Under the pieces are notes generated by a model. That model searched no databases, had not been told where the DNA came from, and worked only from the letters and a program-made list of their open reading frames with translations. DNA of 64,000 bases, taken from Bacteroidota bacterium (GTDB taxonomy: Bacteria > Bacteroidota > Ignavibacteria > UBA10030 > UBA8401). Shown piece by piece: positions 46,405 to 58,014 of this stretch. The position numbers were made by a program, and so were the translations under genes. Positions within the stretch are counted from its first letter, which is position 1, and each line of letters starts with the position of its first letter. The stretch spans positions 4,769 to 68,768 of the forward strand of contig JAGVPT010000185.1 in the NCBI GenBank assembly GCA_020052095.1, written 5' to 3'.

Positions 46405-47508
46405 TCATATCACCTTCTCGGTTGCCTTATCGAAGAAGTGCGCTTTCGCCATATCGAAGGCAACGTCCATCTCCTTGCCTGCCGCAGGTTCTACGGTTGT
46501 GACGATACGCGCGACGTATTGCGTCGGGCCGCCGGACGTAAAGTACACAAAAATCTCATTCCCCATCGGCTCTACAATGTCCACCTTTACTCTGCAGCGG
46601 GCATGTTCCTTGCTTGTTGTCTTCTTTGCGTCCACGATATGTTCGGGTCGGATTCCGAGCCACACTTCTTTCTCGCGATACTTCTTCAGAGCGGCGTGAT
46701 GTTCCTTTGGTAGTTTCAAGGAAAGCCCCGTTCCCTTCTCCTTAAAGAGCAAACCTTTCTTTTCGGTAATCATTCCGTCCATAAAATTCATTGCCGGACT
46801 GCCGATAAATCCTGCAACAAATTTGTTTACGGGGTTATGGTAGAGGTTCAGCGGTGTGTTCGTTTGGTGAACAAGTCCATCCTTCATCACAACGATCCTG
46901 TCTCCCATGGTCATCGCTTCAGTCTGATCGTGGGTTACATAGATCATAGTGGCCTCAAGGCGCATGTGGAGCTTGGATATTTCCGTCCGCATTTGCACGC
47001 GCAGCTTCGCGTCGAGATTACTCAAAGGTTCATCGAAAAGGAAAACCTTTGGCTTGCGGACGATCGCTCTCCCGACTGCAACACGCTGGCGCTGTCCTCC
47101 GGACAATGCTTTCGGTTTTCGATCAAGATAATCCTCGATACCGAGAATGTCAGCGGCGTCGCGTACACGATTGTCGATTTCCGCTTTCGGATATTTGCGG
47201 AGTCTCAGTCCGAATGACATGTTTTCATACACCGTCATATGTGGATAGAGAGCATAATTTTGAAATACCATCGCGATATCCCGGTCTTTCGGCGCGACAT
47301 CATTAACGACTTTCCCATCGATAGAAACGGAGCCGCTGCTGATGTCCTCCAGCCCGGCAATCATACGGAGTGTTGTCGATTTTCCGCAACCCGATGGTCC
47401 GACGAGGACGACGAATTCTTTGTCGGCAATATCAATGTTAACATCTTTGACGGCAACCACGCCGCCGTCGTATTCTTTTCGGACATTTTCCAGCTTGACG
47501 CTTGCCAC
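46405..47508 (-). CDS. Sugar-type ABC transporter ATP-binding protein (MalK/UgpC/MsmK-like), orphan
   Basis: Walker [31 protein letters not shown], plus a C-terminal MalK-type regulatory/TOBE domain. The start is called at the GTG at 47508 (VASVKLENV aligns with MalK MASV...); the listed ATG at 47577 runs into aroA. Confidence 0.85.
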   Translation of the reverse strand: MASVKLENVRKEYDGGVVAVKDVNIDIADKEFVVLVGPSGCGKSTTLRMIAGLEDISSGSVSIDGKVVNDVAPKDRDIAMVFQNYALYPHMTVYENMSFGLRLRKYPKAEIDNRVRDAADILGIEDYLDRKPKALSGGQRQRVAVGRAIVRKPKVFLFDEPLSNLDAKLRVQMRTEISKLHMRLEATMIYVTHDQTEAMTMGDRIVVMKDGLVHQTNTPLNLYHNPVNKFVAGFIGSPAMNFMDGMITEKKGLLFKEKGTGLSLKLPKEHHAALKKYREKEVWLGIRPEHIVDAKKTTSKEHARCRVKVDIVEPMGNEIFVYFTSGGPTQYVARIVTTVEPAAGKEMDVAFDMAKAHFFDKATEKVI

Positions 47509-47519
47509 GGTATGCCTCG

Positions 47520-48803
47520 TCAGTTTGCCAACGTGTGAAGAACATCCCAGAATGTCGGGAAGGAAATACCCACGCACTCTGATTCTCGAAGAGTCGACTC
47601 GCCGGGAAGCCCAATCGCTGCAACGCCGAACGCCATCGCGATCCGGTGATCTCCGAAGCTATCAAAGTGCGAAGGAATTAAATTATTATTTGACTCAAAT
47701 GCAAATCCGTCATCGAACTCCTCAACGTCAATCCCCATAAGCAAGAGATTTTCGCACACAGCGCCGATTCTGTCGCATTCCTTGTTCCGCAACTCGAAAG
47801 CGTCTCGCACTTCAAATCTTCCAGGCGCAAACGCTGCCGCGACGGCAAGGATCGGGATTTCGTCGATAATGTTTGGGATGACAGAACCTTTCAACACGAT
47901 ATCCGAATGGAGTGCTGAGGTTGTCACGAGAATATCTCCTACGGGTTCGCCGCCGATGGAACGCTCATTTTCCATGCGGATATTTCCGCCCATCGCGCGC
48001 AAGGTCTCCAGAAATCCTGTTCTCGACGGATTCAGCCCCACATTTCTTATCAGGACCTCGGAATTTGGCACAATGAGCGCGGCAACGATAAAGAACGCTG
48101 CCGACGAGGGATCTCCGGGAATGAAAAAACGAGACGCCTCAACGCGCCTTCCCCCTTCTACCGCAACGATTTTCTTTCCGTGCGAGGAAGTCGATGAGAG
48201 TCCGAGCATTCGCTCCGTATGATCGCGGGACGGTTGGGATTCCTCCACTCGTGTCAGCCCCTCGGCATAAAGCCCGGCGAAAAGGATCGCGGATTTCACC
48301 TGCGCACTGGGCACAGGGAGCTCGTATGTTATTGCATGAAGTCTGTCGGAAGGAAATATTTTCAGCGGGGCAGTGAACTTGTCCGTTCCGACGATCTGTG
48401 CTCCCATTTCCGTCAGTGGGTCGATAATGCGTTTCATCGGTCGGCGCAACAGATATTGGTCACCGGTGATCTGTGAGGGAAATCTTTGGCCGGACAAGAT
48501 TCCTGAAAGAAGACGCATTGTGGTTCCTGAGTTACCTGCATCCAACATTGCGTCAGGCTTATGATAGCCGTGAAGCCCTCTGCCGATTATCCGGAGTGTC
48601 TGCGAAGTCAGAGTCGTTTCGATGCCCAAAGCCCTGATGCACTCCAATGTGCTGCGCGGGTCGGCAGCGTTAAGGAAACCGTCGATCTCCGAAGTACCTT
48701 CACCGATCGAACCGATCATAACCGCGCGGTGCGAAATAGATTTATCTCCCGGAACGTTTAGTTCGCCCCTGAGATGATGTGCCGTGATGAGCGTTTTATC
48801 CAT
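47520..48803 (-). CDS. aroA: 3-phosphoshikimate 1-carboxyvinyltransferase (EPSP synthase)
   Basis: [12 protein letters not shown]-terminal motif and two-domain EPSPS architecture; 427 aa. Confidence 0.9.
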   Translation of the reverse strand: MDKTLITAHHLRGELNVPGDKSISHRAVMIGSIGEGTSEIDGFLNAADPRSTLECIRALGIETTLTSQTLRIIGRGLHGYHKPDAMLDAGNSGTTMRLLSGILSGQRFPSQITGDQYLLRRPMKRIIDPLTEMGAQIVGTDKFTAPLKIFPSDRLHAITYELPVPSAQVKSAILFAGLYAEGLTRVEESQPSRDHTERMLGLSSTSSHGKKIVAVEGGRRVEASRFFIPGDPSSAAFFIVAALIVPNSEVLIRNVGLNPSRTGFLETLRAMGGNIRMENERSIGGEPVGDILVTTSALHSDIVLKGSVIPNIIDEIPILAVAAAFAPGRFEVRDAFELRNKECDRIGAVCENLLLMGIDVEEFDDGFAFESNNNLIPSHFDSFGDHRIAMAFGVAAIGLPGESTLRESECVGISFPTFWDVLHTLAN

Positions 48804-48856
48804 ATAAAAAATCCTCGCCTATACTTACAGCGGGGATGCTGATTCATCCGAGTTTC

Positions 48857-50968
48857 TTAGTTGTGTTGCGGCACTTCTTCCTTTTTCTTTTCCGCAATCA
48901 AAACCGCTTTCCGGCTGAGGTTGAGGCGTCCTTTATCATCGATCTCCATCAGTTTCACCACCATCACATCGCCGACCTTTACAAAGTCCGCGACTTTTTC
49001 GATGCGCTTGATGTCGAGCTGTGAAACATGAACTAGTCCTTCCTTGCCGGGAAGAATCTCGACAAAGGCTCCAAAGTCCATGATTTTTTTCACCGTCGCC
49101 GAATATGTTTTTCCGACTTCAGGGGATTCGGTAATTCGACCAATCATCTGTCTCGCCTTCTCACTTGCATCTTTCGACGTGGCAGCGATAATAATTGTGC
49201 CGTCGTCTTCGACGTTTATTTCTGCGCCAGACTCTTTCACGATATTTCGAATATTCTTGCCACCCGGACCGATAAGCGCACCGATCATGTCGACAGGGAT
49301 TTTGAGCGTCGTCAACCGTGGGGCGTATTGACTCAGGTCGGAACGGGGAGCGGAAATAACAGCGTCCATCTTTTCGAGTTTGTGAAGGCGTCCCTCCTTC
49401 GCTTGCTGAACGGCCGTCTCGATGATAGCGAATGAAATACCTTTGATCTTAATATCCATTTGGAATGCGGTGATACCGTCCCGGGTTCCGGCAACCTTGA
49501 AATCCATATCGCCGAGATGGTCTTCATTCCCGAGAATATCGCTGAGGACTGCAACGCGATCCCCTTCTTTTACGAGACCCATCGCTATTCCTGCGACGGA
49601 TTTCTTCAACGGAACACCGCCATCAAACAGAGCAAGAGACCCGGCACACACTGTCGCCATAGAGGACGAACCGTTCGACTCGAGGATATCGGAGACAATG
49701 CGGACGGTGTAGGGAAAATCCTTTTCATCGGGCATGATGTTCTTAAGCGCACGCTCAGCCAAATTTCCGTGCCCTACTTCGCGCCGGCCAGTGCCAAGCC
49801 TTCCGGCTTCGCCGACACTGAACGGCGGGAAATTATAATGAAGCATAAAGCGTCGCGTCGTCTTTGGGAGGAGCCCGTCGAGCATTTGTTCGTCGAGCTT
49901 TGTGCCAAGAGTCATTGTTGTCAACGACTGCGTTTCGCCGCGCGTGAAGAGCGCTGAGCCGTGTGTGCGCGGCAAAAGCCCCAACTCGATCGAAATAGGG
50001 CGTATGTCTTTGAGGCTGCGACCATCCAATCGCTTTTTCTTGGAAAGGATCATCTCGCGCATCTCATACTTTTCGATATCGTGGAGAATCTGTTTGATGA
50101 CAGATTCTTGCTCTGGATACTTTTCGGCGAGCGCTGTGAGCACCTCAGTCTCGATTGCAGCATTCGAGTTTGAGCGTTCGTCCTTAGTAAGAACAGTATT
50201 CACCGCCGAACGAATTTTGTCCGCCGCAATTGATTTCACGTCCGCGAGCAATTCCGGATTGATTACCGGGACCACAACGGAACGCTTCTGCACTTTCACT
50301 TCCCCGGCAAGCTCTTTCTGTAATGCGCATATTTTCTTGACAGCACCGTGGCCGAACTTCAGCGCTTCTAAAATGTCGGCTTCCGAGATCTCGCGCGATT
50401 CACCTTCTACCATAACGATAGAATCGTCGGTGCCGGCGAGAGTCACATCCATGTCGCTGAGATCCAATTCCTCGAACGTGGGATTAATGATCAATGTCCC
50501 GTTCACCCTGCCGATCCGCACCTCCGCAATCGGTTCGTCGAATGGGGAATCCGAGATCATGAGTGCGGCGGAGGCGGCACACGCGCCGAGCACGTCCGCA
50601 TCATTCTGTTGGTCCGATGAATAGACACTCACGATGATCTGTGTTTCGTTGTGATATCCCTCGGGAAACATAGGCCGAATGGGACGGTCTATGAGCCGTG
50701 CAGAAAGGACTTCTTTGTCGGAAGGCCTTCCTTCGCGTTTCAAAAATCCTCCGGGAATTTTTCCGGCCGCAGACATCTTCTCGCGATATTCGACCTGAAG
50801 AGGAAAATAATCCGAATCATCTTTCGCCTCTTTCGGTGCGACGACCGTTGCGAGGACCATCGTATCTGCGTACCGCGCCATCACGGCTCCGTCCGCTTGT
50901 TTTGCAAACCGGCCTGTCTCGAAGGAGAGAGTCTTGTTGCCCAATTGAATTTCTTTTTTGACTACCAT
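48857..50968 (-). CDS. pnp: Polynucleotide phosphorylase
   Basis: Two RNase PH domains, KH and S1 C-terminal domains; 703 aa. Confidence 0.95.
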   Translation of the reverse strand: MVVKKEIQLGNKTLSFETGRFAKQADGAVMARYADTMVLATVVAPKEAKDDSDYFPLQVEYREKMSAAGKIPGGFLKREGRPSDKEVLSARLIDRPIRPMFPEGYHNETQIIVSVYSSDQQNDADVLGACAASAALMISDSPFDEPIAEVRIGRVNGTLIINPTFEELDLSDMDVTLAGTDDSIVMVEGESREISEADILEALKFGHGAVKKICALQKELAGEVKVQKRSVVVPVINPELLADVKSIAADKIRSAVNTVLTKDERSNSNAAIETEVLTALAEKYPEQESVIKQILHDIEKYEMREMILSKKKRLDGRSLKDIRPISIELGLLPRTHGSALFTRGETQSLTTMTLGTKLDEQMLDGLLPKTTRRFMLHYNFPPFSVGEAGRLGTGRREVGHGNLAERALKNIMPDEKDFPYTVRIVSDILESNGSSSMATVCAGSLALFDGGVPLKKSVAGIAMGLVKEGDRVAVLSDILGNEDHLGDMDFKVAGTRDGITAFQMDIKIKGISFAIIETAVQQAKEGRLHKLEKMDAVISAPRSDLSQYAPRLTTLKIPVDMIGALIGPGGKNIRNIVKESGAEINVEDDGTIIIAATSKDASEKARQMIGRITESPEVGKTYSATVKKIMDFGAFVEILPGKEGLVHVSQLDIKRIEKVADFVKVGDVMVVKLMEIDDKGRLNLSRKAVLIAEKKKEEVPQHN

Positions 50969-51037
50969 AGCGCTCTTTGCTGTAAATGAATTCGTGTGAC
51001 CGCTGAATTAGTTCAGCGTGTGTCGTGCTTCTGATCG

Positions 51038-51307
51038 TTACTTACGGATCTCAAGTTCCTGGATGATCTTTCGATAGCGTTCGATATTCTTCACCACGAG
51101 ATAATCGAGAAGACGGCGTCGCTTTCCGACCATCCGCAGCAAGCCGACGCGTGAATGATTATCCTTCTTATGCCCTTCAAAGTGCGACGAAAGGGCGTTA
51201 ATGTTCGCTGTGAGTATTGCTATTTGCACTTCGGGGGTCCCGGAATCGTTCGGGGACTTTCCGTATTTCTTTATGAAATCTACTTTTTGAGTTTTTGAGA
51301 TCGACAT
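51038..51307 (-). CDS. rpsO: 30S ribosomal protein S15
   Basis: 89 aa; S15 signature ([23 protein letters not shown]...[15 protein letters not shown]). Confidence 0.9.
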   Translation of the reverse strand: MSISKTQKVDFIKKYGKSPNDSGTPEVQIAILTANINALSSHFEGHKKDNHSRVGLLRMVGKRRRLLDYLVVKNIERYRKIIQELEIRK

Positions 51308-51328
51308 GCGTACTCCTTAAGAATGTAG

Positions 51329-52294
51329 TTATAGTTGAATATTTTCGAAAATGTTTTTGCCGGCTATCTTGTCCTTGTCCATTTCTTTCACCAGCTCATC
51401 TGCCGACGCAAATTTTTTTTCTCCGCGGATCCATTCAAGACATTCGACGGTGATGTTTTTTCCGTAGATATCCTTGTCAAAATCGAAGATGTACACTTCA
51501 CACAATCGCGGGTGGTTTTCATAGAATGTCGGCACTACGCCGATGCTCATAAGTCCGCGATGCGAGTTGCCGTCGATATCGGCCGTTACGGCATACACTC
51601 CGTTGCGCGGGAGCATTTTTCTCGGATCGCTGACTGCAATGTTTGCCGTGGGATATCCAAGAGCCTTACCTCGTTTGTCTCCAGCAATCACTTTTCCTGA
51701 AAAACTGAACCGTCTTCCAAGCAGCCGGTTGGCTTTTGCGATAGCGCCCTCTGAGAGGAAGGTTCGAATGCGCGAACTGCTCACAACCTCCTCTCCGGCT
51801 GTGAACGGCTTCTCGGCAACAACCGAAAACTTGAATTCCCGCCCCAAGGCAAGAAGCTCTGAAAGTCCAGCTTCGCGATCGCGGCCGAAACCGTGGTCGT
51901 ATCCCTCAATCACCTCGCTCACGCCGATGCCGTTGATAATATATTCAGAATAGAACTCGCGAAACGGCTTGCGCGAAAATTCGTACGTAAACGGAACCAC
52001 GAAGACCAGATCAATATCCAATTGCGAAAGCAGCTCAAGTTTTTCTTCGTGAGTCGTGAGCAGCCCGACCGCATGCGTTTCATCCCCCCCATCGTTCGGC
52101 TTTTTCCGGCCGACGATCTCTTTTGGGTGAGGATCGAAGGTGACGACAACGCTTCGTCCGTTCCGTTCCTTCGCCCGCTGCCGCACCTCGCCGATTATTT
52201 TCTGATGTGCGAGATGGACGCCGTCAAAAGTTCCTATGGTGATGACAGAATCTTTGTTTCGCCGGACTTCATCGATTGAATGAACGATGATCAT
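51329..52294 (-). CDS. ribF: Bifunctional riboflavin kinase / FMN adenylyltransferase
   Basis: GTFDGVHLAHQKI N-terminal FAD synthetase motif and a C-terminal riboflavin kinase domain. Start taken at MIIVHSID (52294); the listed 52381 start overlaps truB. Confidence 0.85.
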   Translation of the reverse strand: MIIVHSIDEVRRNKDSVITIGTFDGVHLAHQKIIGEVRQRAKERNGRSVVVTFDPHPKEIVGRKKPNDGGDETHAVGLLTTHEEKLELLSQLDIDLVFVVPFTYEFSRKPFREFYSEYIINGIGVSEVIEGYDHGFGRDREAGLSELLALGREFKFSVVAEKPFTAGEEVVSSSRIRTFLSEGAIAKANRLLGRRFSFSGKVIAGDKRGKALGYPTANIAVSDPRKMLPRNGVYAVTADIDGNSHRGLMSIGVVPTFYENHPRLCEVYIFDFDKDIYGKNITVECLEWIRGEKKFASADELVKEMDKDKIAGKNIFENIQL

Positions 52295-52298
52295 GGTC

Positions 52299-53036
52299 TT
52301 AGCAGCCGTTCTGCGCGCTGAAGCGCTGGCCGAGAACATGAAGATCTTCAATGTGCAGCGCTTGTTGCAGCGACAGTGCACCGATTCGAGTACGGCGGAG
52401 TTCCTTTAAATATGCCCCACATCCTAATTTTGATCCGCATTCGTCGACCATTGCCCGAATGTAAGTTCCACTCGAGCACACGACGCGGAAGTGAATGAAC
52501 GGCAGATCCATCTTTACCAAATCAAATCTCGAGATAACGATTTCGCGCGATTGGCGCTCCACCGTTCGGCCTCTTCTCGCATATTTGTACAGGGGCTTTC
52601 CGCCATATTTCACTGCCGAATACATCGGAGGCGTTTGCAACTGCGTCCCGAGGAACCCGCGAAACATGTTCTGAATCTGCTCTTCAGTCACCGATAAAAA
52701 ATCCTTCGCATCTTGCTCCGGAGTCTCCGAATCGAAGCTTGCGGTCGTCGCTCCGAGCTGCATAATGCCTTCGTACTCCTTCTCCTGCGCGGTAAATCCG
52801 TCGATCGATTTAGTTTTTTTTCCGGTGCAGAGTATCAAAAGGCCTGTGGCTTTCGGATCGAGCGTCCCTGCATGGCCGACCTTTTTAACGTGAAAAAGGT
52901 CTCGCACCCGATGAACAACGTCGAACGAAGTCCAGTTAAGCGGCTTATCGATCAATAGGATTTCACCGTTCTCAAAATCGAGCGTCCGGACGTTTGAATT
53001 CGGTGTGATCGGCTCACTGTGCGTTGTCATTTCCAT
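52299..53036 (-). CDS. truB: tRNA pseudouridine(55) synthase
   Basis: LLIDKPLNWTSFDVV...GHAGTLDPKATGLL with the catalytic Asp motif. Confidence 0.85.
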   Translation of the reverse strand: MEMTTHSEPITPNSNVRTLDFENGEILLIDKPLNWTSFDVVHRVRDLFHVKKVGHAGTLDPKATGLLILCTGKKTKSIDGFTAQEKEYEGIMQLGATTASFDSETPEQDAKDFLSVTEEQIQNMFRGFLGTQLQTPPMYSAVKYGGKPLYKYARRGRTVERQSREIVISRFDLVKMDLPFIHFRVVCSSGTYIRAMVDECGSKLGCGAYLKELRRTRIGALSLQQALHIEDLHVLGQRFSAQNGC

Positions 53037-53367
53037 GAATTTTCTTTATCAGGTTCTCCAAGTTCTCGACGCGGTCCATCGTGTCGTCGTGGTAGAACTG
53101 CAATGCCGGGGTATATTTCAGATTGATATGCGATGCAAGGAGACCTCGGATGTGGGCTTTCTCGCTTTCCAGGCGTGCGAGCGTCTTCGTCTTCACGGCT
53201 GGTGTTCCCAGAATGCTGACATATATTTTTGCGATTTTGAGGTCAGGAGTCACGCGCACTTCCGTTACGGTGCTAAATCCCAATTCGCCGCCGCTGAATT
53301 CTCGGCTGATAATAGTCCCAACTTCGTGGCGTATAACCGACGCGACTCTCTCCGTTCGAACTGACAT
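53014..53367 (-). CDS. rbfA: Ribosome-binding factor A
   Basis: KH-like RbfA fold sequence (RTERVASVIRHEVGTII...VTEVRVTPDLKIAKIYVS). Start taken at the internal MSVRTERV. Confidence 0.8.
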   Translation of the reverse strand: MSVRTERVASVIRHEVGTIISREFSGGELGFSTVTEVRVTPDLKIAKIYVSILGTPAVKTKTLARLESEKAHIRGLLASHINLKYTPALQFYHDDTMDRVENLENLIKKIHGNDNAQ

Positions 53368-53409
53368 TTCATTTCCTTCTGATCCGTGGTGACTGGACAC
53401 CGAAACGAA

Positions 53410-56079
53410 TTACAGCGTCCGCTTCGTTTCGACAAGCTTATAAGCTTCGATAACGTCTCCGACTTTCACATCGTTGAAGTTTTCAAATCCGACCCCGCAT
53501 TCAAATCCCTGTTCGACCTCGCGCACATCATCCTTGAATCGTCGGAGTGAAGCGAGGGTTCCATCGAAAATCGAGATGCCCTCGCGAAGCAGACGCACTT
53601 TGTTGTTGCGAACGATTTTGCCGTCGGTGACAAAGCAACCAGCGATGGTCCCGATTTTCGGCACCTTGAATGTATCGCGTACTTCCACCGTGGCCGTCAC
53701 TTCCTCGGAAATCGAGGGCGCAAGCAATCCTTCGAGCGCACTGCGCACTTCATTGATCGCGTCGTAAATAATATTGTACAGACGAATGTCGACTTTTTCT
53801 TGTTCGGCAAGCCGCCGTGCATTCAAATTCGGACGGACGTGGAAGCCCACGATGACAGCTTTCGAAGCGGCGGCGAGCAACACGTCGCTCTCCGATATCC
53901 CGCCAACGCCTTTATGAATGACGCGTATTTTAACCTCTGCCGTGGAAAGCTTCGCCAGCGAATCTGCAAGAGCTTCCACGGATCCGTCAACGTCTCCTTT
54001 AACAACCATCGACAGTTCGCGGACTTGTTGACCAGCCTGAATTTGTTCGGAGATTTCGTCGAGCGTAACAAAGTGAATTTGCCTGAAATCCTGTTCGCGC
54101 TTCAATTGCTGACGCTTCAGGCTTATTTCGCGGGCCACGCGGTCTGAATCGACAGCGATGAATTGATCTCCGGCTTGGGGAATGCCGTCGAAGCCCAGAA
54201 GTTGCACAGGCGTAGATGGTCCGGCGACCTCCGTACGGCGGCCGCGCTCGTCAAACATCGCTTTCACTTTGCCGCTGTAAATACCTCCGACGAAAGGATC
54301 TCCGACCCGAAGCGTTCCTTTCTGGACCAAAATTGTTGTGAGAATTCCCTTTCCCTTGTCGATCTGAGCTTCGACAACCGCTCCCCGTGCGTTGCGGATC
54401 GGGTTTGCTTTCAAATCGAGAACCTCCGCTTCAAGTAAAATCTTTTCCAGCAGGAGATCCACCTTCAAACCCTTTTTCGCCGAGACTTCGACACACTGAT
54501 ATTTTCCACCCCATTCTTCAACCAAAATGCCTTTATCGGCAAGTTGCTGGCGAATGCGGTCGGGATTGGCCTCGGTCTTGTCAATTTTATTGATCGCTAT
54601 AATAATCGGAACATTTGCTGCGCGTGCATGACTAATAGCCTCAAGTGTCTGCGGCATAACGTTGTCCTCGGCTGCAACCACAAGCACAACAATATCGGTC
54701 AGTTGAGCACCGCGCGCACGCATTGCTGTAAAGGCTTCGTGGCCCGGCGTGTCGAGAAAAGTAATCTTCTTCCCGCTTTCCAGACTTAGCTCGTAGGCTC
54801 CGATGTGCTGTGTAATTCCGCCGGCTTCGCCCGCAACGACGTTCGTGCGGCGGATGTAATCCAGCAACGATGTCTTTCCGTGATCGACATGCCCCATGAT
54901 GGTTACGACGGGGGAGCGAGACACCAAAGTCTCGGGAGCATCGGGCTTGTCTTCAAGAGAGTCGATCGTGAACTCTTCGTGGAACTCCACCTGCAAGCCG
55001 AATTCATCTGCGAGAAGAGTGATATTGTCTTTATCTAGCCGCTGGTTGATCGAAACCATCAATCCCAATCCGATGCATTTGGCGATGACGTCTGCGACAG
55101 ATGCATTCATAAGATTGGCAAGCTCTCCGACGGTAACATATTCTGTCACACGGAGCTTTCCCTCTTCACTTTGCGCTGCTTCTAATAATCGAGCTTGCTC
55201 TTCTTCACGCTCTCGCTTTCTTTTTTTTCTGTTGACTGCCCGCAGGCTGACTACATTTTCATCCATCTCGGCGAGCGTCCGTTTAATGGCCTCGTTCACC
55301 TGCATATCGTCGACTTCATGGACACGGAGCTTCTTCTTCTTTTTCTTCTTCTTCGCAAGCTCCTCGATGTCGCTTTCGGTGATTTCCTTCAGCTTCTCGT
55401 CTTTGACCTTCTTCTTTTTCTTTTTCCTCTTGTGCAGATCCTCCGATTCCGGCGTGGCTGCTCCCGGCTCCTTTTCCGGAGTCTCAGCGGCCTCCTTCAA
55501 CTCAATTTTTCCTTTGATGGTCAATCCCCGTCGCCGCGCGCTCACCTGATCGAGCGGTGACCTGTAAGACCTCTCACCTTTCTTTTTCCGATCTACCGAT
55601 TCTTGTTTCACTTCTTTGCCCGCAGGCGCTGCGTCGGGCTCAACCTTAATCTTTGCCGCAGGACCCTCTTCTTTCGTCTGGAGCTTCTCGTCTTGCTGGA
55701 GTATCGGCTCTCTTCTCCCTTCTTCCTGATCGGCTGGAACTTCTTCAACTTTCTGTACAAGCGTTGCGGGAGCTTCTTCTGCCCCTTTCTTTTTTGGAGC
55801 AGGTTCCTTGGTTTCTTCTTCAGCTTCTTTTTTCTTTTCAGCGGTCTTCCTTTTTGTTTCCTTTATTTCTGCGATTTTTCGCTGATGACGCTCCGCGACA
55901 TCTTTGTCCTTTTTGAAATGGGACATGATGTCCTTCATCATGTCGTTTTCAACGACAGACATCGGCCCTTTAAGCTTGTACCCTTTCTTCGTGAGGAATT
56001 CAATAATAGTACCGCTCGCCAGGTTTAGTTCCTTGGCAAGATTAAATATTTTGATTTTCTTTTCTGCAGTTTCCGTCAT
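53410..56079 (-). CDS. infB: Translation initiation factor IF-2
   Basis: GTPase domain [12 protein letters not shown]...DTPGHEAF...NKID; K/E-rich low-complexity N-terminal region; 889 aa. Confidence 0.95.
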   Translation of the reverse strand: MTETAEKKIKIFNLAKELNLASGTIIEFLTKKGYKLKGPMSVVENDMMKDIMSHFKKDKDVAERHQRKIAEIKETKRKTAEKKKEAEEETKEPAPKKKGAEEAPATLVQKVEEVPADQEEGRREPILQQDEKLQTKEEGPAAKIKVEPDAAPAGKEVKQESVDRKKKGERSYRSPLDQVSARRRGLTIKGKIELKEAAETPEKEPGAATPESEDLHKRKKKKKKVKDEKLKEITESDIEELAKKKKKKKKLRVHEVDDMQVNEAIKRTLAEMDENVVSLRAVNRKKRKREREEEQARLLEAAQSEEGKLRVTEYVTVGELANLMNASVADVIAKCIGLGLMVSINQRLDKDNITLLADEFGLQVEFHEEFTIDSLEDKPDAPETLVSRSPVVTIMGHVDHGKTSLLDYIRRTNVVAGEAGGITQHIGAYELSLESGKKITFLDTPGHEAFTAMRARGAQLTDIVVLVVAAEDNVMPQTLEAISHARAANVPIIIAINKIDKTEANPDRIRQQLADKGILVEEWGGKYQCVEVSAKKGLKVDLLLEKILLEAEVLDLKANPIRNARGAVVEAQIDKGKGILTTILVQKGTLRVGDPFVGGIYSGKVKAMFDERGRRTEVAGPSTPVQLLGFDGIPQAGDQFIAVDSDRVAREISLKRQQLKREQDFRQIHFVTLDEISEQIQAGQQVRELSMVVKGDVDGSVEALADSLAKLSTAEVKIRVIHKGVGGISESDVLLAAASKAVIVGFHVRPNLNARRLAEQEKVDIRLYNIIYDAINEVRSALEGLLAPSISEEVTATVEVRDTFKVPKIGTIAGCFVTDGKIVRNNKVRLLREGISIFDGTLASLRRFKDDVREVEQGFECGVGFENFNDVKVGDVIEAYKLVETKRTL

Positions 56080-56129
56080 TCAAAATCCTTCAGTAAAAGG
56101 AAACAGGGAGTGAGTCCGCACTTTGCGGA

Positions 56130-57500
56130 TTATAGTGTCTCTGCATTTTCTTCTTTGGGAGACTCGGTCTGTTCGTGGGAGACAGTCTCTTCTTTCTGCT
56201 TTTCGTCAGCTGGCCTTGCCTCTTTGGCTACCGTCTCTTTTCCTTTTTCCTCATCGCCATCTTCATCGTCTACTTCAGCCTCTTCAAATTCCTTCTTCAC
56301 AAGAGCGACAATTTCTTTGATCTTCTCTTCGTCCAGTTGAAGTTCGTCAACCAAGTCTTCGATGTCGGCGTCGATAACTTGCTGTGCCGTATCGTAGCCG
56401 TTTTCAATAAACTTATCATAGATCTCCTGACCGATTTCATCGCGGAATTCAATCAACTCTATGTCGTACTCCGCACCCTCTTTTACGAGTTGGAGGTCGA
56501 ATCCGGAAAGTTTGCCCGCAAGCCGGATATTCTGTCCTCCTTTTCCGATGGCAAGCGATACCTGGTCTTCTGCAACAAGGATAGTCGCTTTCTTCGTTTC
56601 GAGATCGAGTTCGACCTTTTTCAATTTCGCAGGAGCGAGCGCCCGCGTGATCATGATAAGCGGTTCTTCGCTGTAGTTGATGACGTCGATATTTTCATTG
56701 TTCAACTCGCGAACGATTGCGTGAATGCGCACACCCTTCATTCCAACGCATGCGCCGACGGCATCAATGCGGTCGTCGTGCGATTCAACGGCCACTTTGG
56801 CCCGGTCACCCGGCTCGCGCGCAATGCCTTTGATCTCGATAATGCCGTCGTAGATTTCCGGAATTTCAATTTCGAACAACCGTGCAAGGAACTTCGTGTC
56901 GGACCGGGAGACGATAACGGTTGGGTTTCCGGAATTCTTTCGGACTTCCTTGATAACCGCACGAATCGTGTCGCCCTTCTTGTAGCGTTCTTTCTGAATC
57001 TGCTCGCTCTTCGGCAAGACGACTTCGTTCTTGTTATGCATGACGAGAATTTCATTTTTCCGAATCTGATACACCTCGCCGACAAGTATTTCGCCGATGG
57101 TATTGCTGTATTCGTTATAGATGAGTTCCTTCTCGAGTTCCTTAATCCTCTGATTGAGATTCTGTTTTGCCGTGATGATCAATCGGCGGCCAAAATCAGC
57201 CAGGTTCACAATTTCCACAAAGTCTTCACCGACGTCCAAGGGTTCGCCGGATTTCTTTCGTGCAGATTCGACATCAATTTGCGTTACCGGGTCGATCACC
57301 GTCTCAACGACCTGCTTTTCGAGATAGATTTCAATATCTCCTTTTTCCATATTGACAACGACGTCGAACTTGGCCTCTTGCCCGAACTTCTTTCTCACCA
57401 TCATGCCAAAAATATCCTCGACAATTCCTACAAGAATATCCTTGTCAATTGATTTTTCGCGAACCAGTGATGAAAATGATTCGACAATCTCATAATTCAT
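56130..57500 (-). CDS. nusA: Transcription termination/antitermination factor NusA (with acidic C-terminal extension)
   Basis: N-terminal domain, S1 and two KH domains, and an acidic tail. Start taken at MNYEIVE. Confidence 0.9.
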   Translation of the reverse strand: MNYEIVESFSSLVREKSIDKDILVGIVEDIFGMMVRKKFGQEAKFDVVVNMEKGDIEIYLEKQVVETVIDPVTQIDVESARKKSGEPLDVGEDFVEIVNLADFGRRLIITAKQNLNQRIKELEKELIYNEYSNTIGEILVGEVYQIRKNEILVMHNKNEVVLPKSEQIQKERYKKGDTIRAVIKEVRKNSGNPTVIVSRSDTKFLARLFEIEIPEIYDGIIEIKGIAREPGDRAKVAVESHDDRIDAVGACVGMKGVRIHAIVRELNNENIDVINYSEEPLIMITRALAPAKLKKVELDLETKKATILVAEDQVSLAIGKGGQNIRLAGKLSGFDLQLVKEGAEYDIELIEFRDEIGQEIYDKFIENGYDTAQQVIDADIEDLVDELQLDEEKIKEIVALVKKEFEEAEVDDEDGDEEKGKETVAKEARPADEKQKEETVSHEQTESPKEENAETL

Positions 57501-57542
57501 TGAAGCCTCCAAAGTGAAAATTGTAATTCATCTACTTACACA

Positions 57543-57998
57543 CTATTTGAATCTCGGAAGAACATATGTTTCACGGATATCCTTCAGCGCCACCGGAACT
57601 GAATGCTTCTCTCCTGTCGACAACGTCAACGACGTCTCAGTGACTTCTTCCAATATTCCAGTTAGTGGTTCACTGTTTGCGTTCGAAATTATCCTCAACT
57701 GGCGTCCAATATTCTTGCGAAACTGCCGTTCGAGTTTCAGCGGGCGCTCTAATCCCGGTGAGGAGACCTCTATTCTGTATCTTCCAGTGAAAATACTTTG
57801 GCTTTCAATCTCCGGGGAAATCCTCCGGCTGACCTCGGCGCATTCATCCGCCGTGATGCCGTTGTCCGTATCAACAAATACTTCGAGGACTGTGGTGCCG
57901 GCTTCGCCCCGCATGTTCAGATCGACGAGATAACCCTTTATCGGCTCAAGAATCGGCGTCGTGAATCTTGAAATCTGCTCAAAAAGCTCTGTTTTCAT
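57543..57998 (-). CDS. rimP: Ribosome maturation factor RimP
   Basis: RimP N- and C-domain pattern (GYLVDLNMRGEAGTTVLEVFVDTDNGITADEC...YRIEVSSPGLERPLK). Start taken at MKTELFEQ. Confidence 0.8.
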   Translation of the reverse strand: MKTELFEQISRFTTPILEPIKGYLVDLNMRGEAGTTVLEVFVDTDNGITADECAEVSRRISPEIESQSIFTGRYRIEVSSPGLERPLKLERQFRKNIGRQLRIISNANSEPLTGILEEVTETSLTLSTGEKHSVPVALKDIRETYVLPRFK

Positions 57999-58014
57999 GG
58001 TCTCTTCCACCGTC

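Noticed and set aside
55200-55460. Runs of aagaag/gaagaa repeats that could be mistaken for a tandem repeat or CRISPR-like array
   Set aside because: They are the coding sequence for the Lys/Glu-rich low-complexity linker of IF-2, in frame within infB, with no spacer/repeat periodicity.
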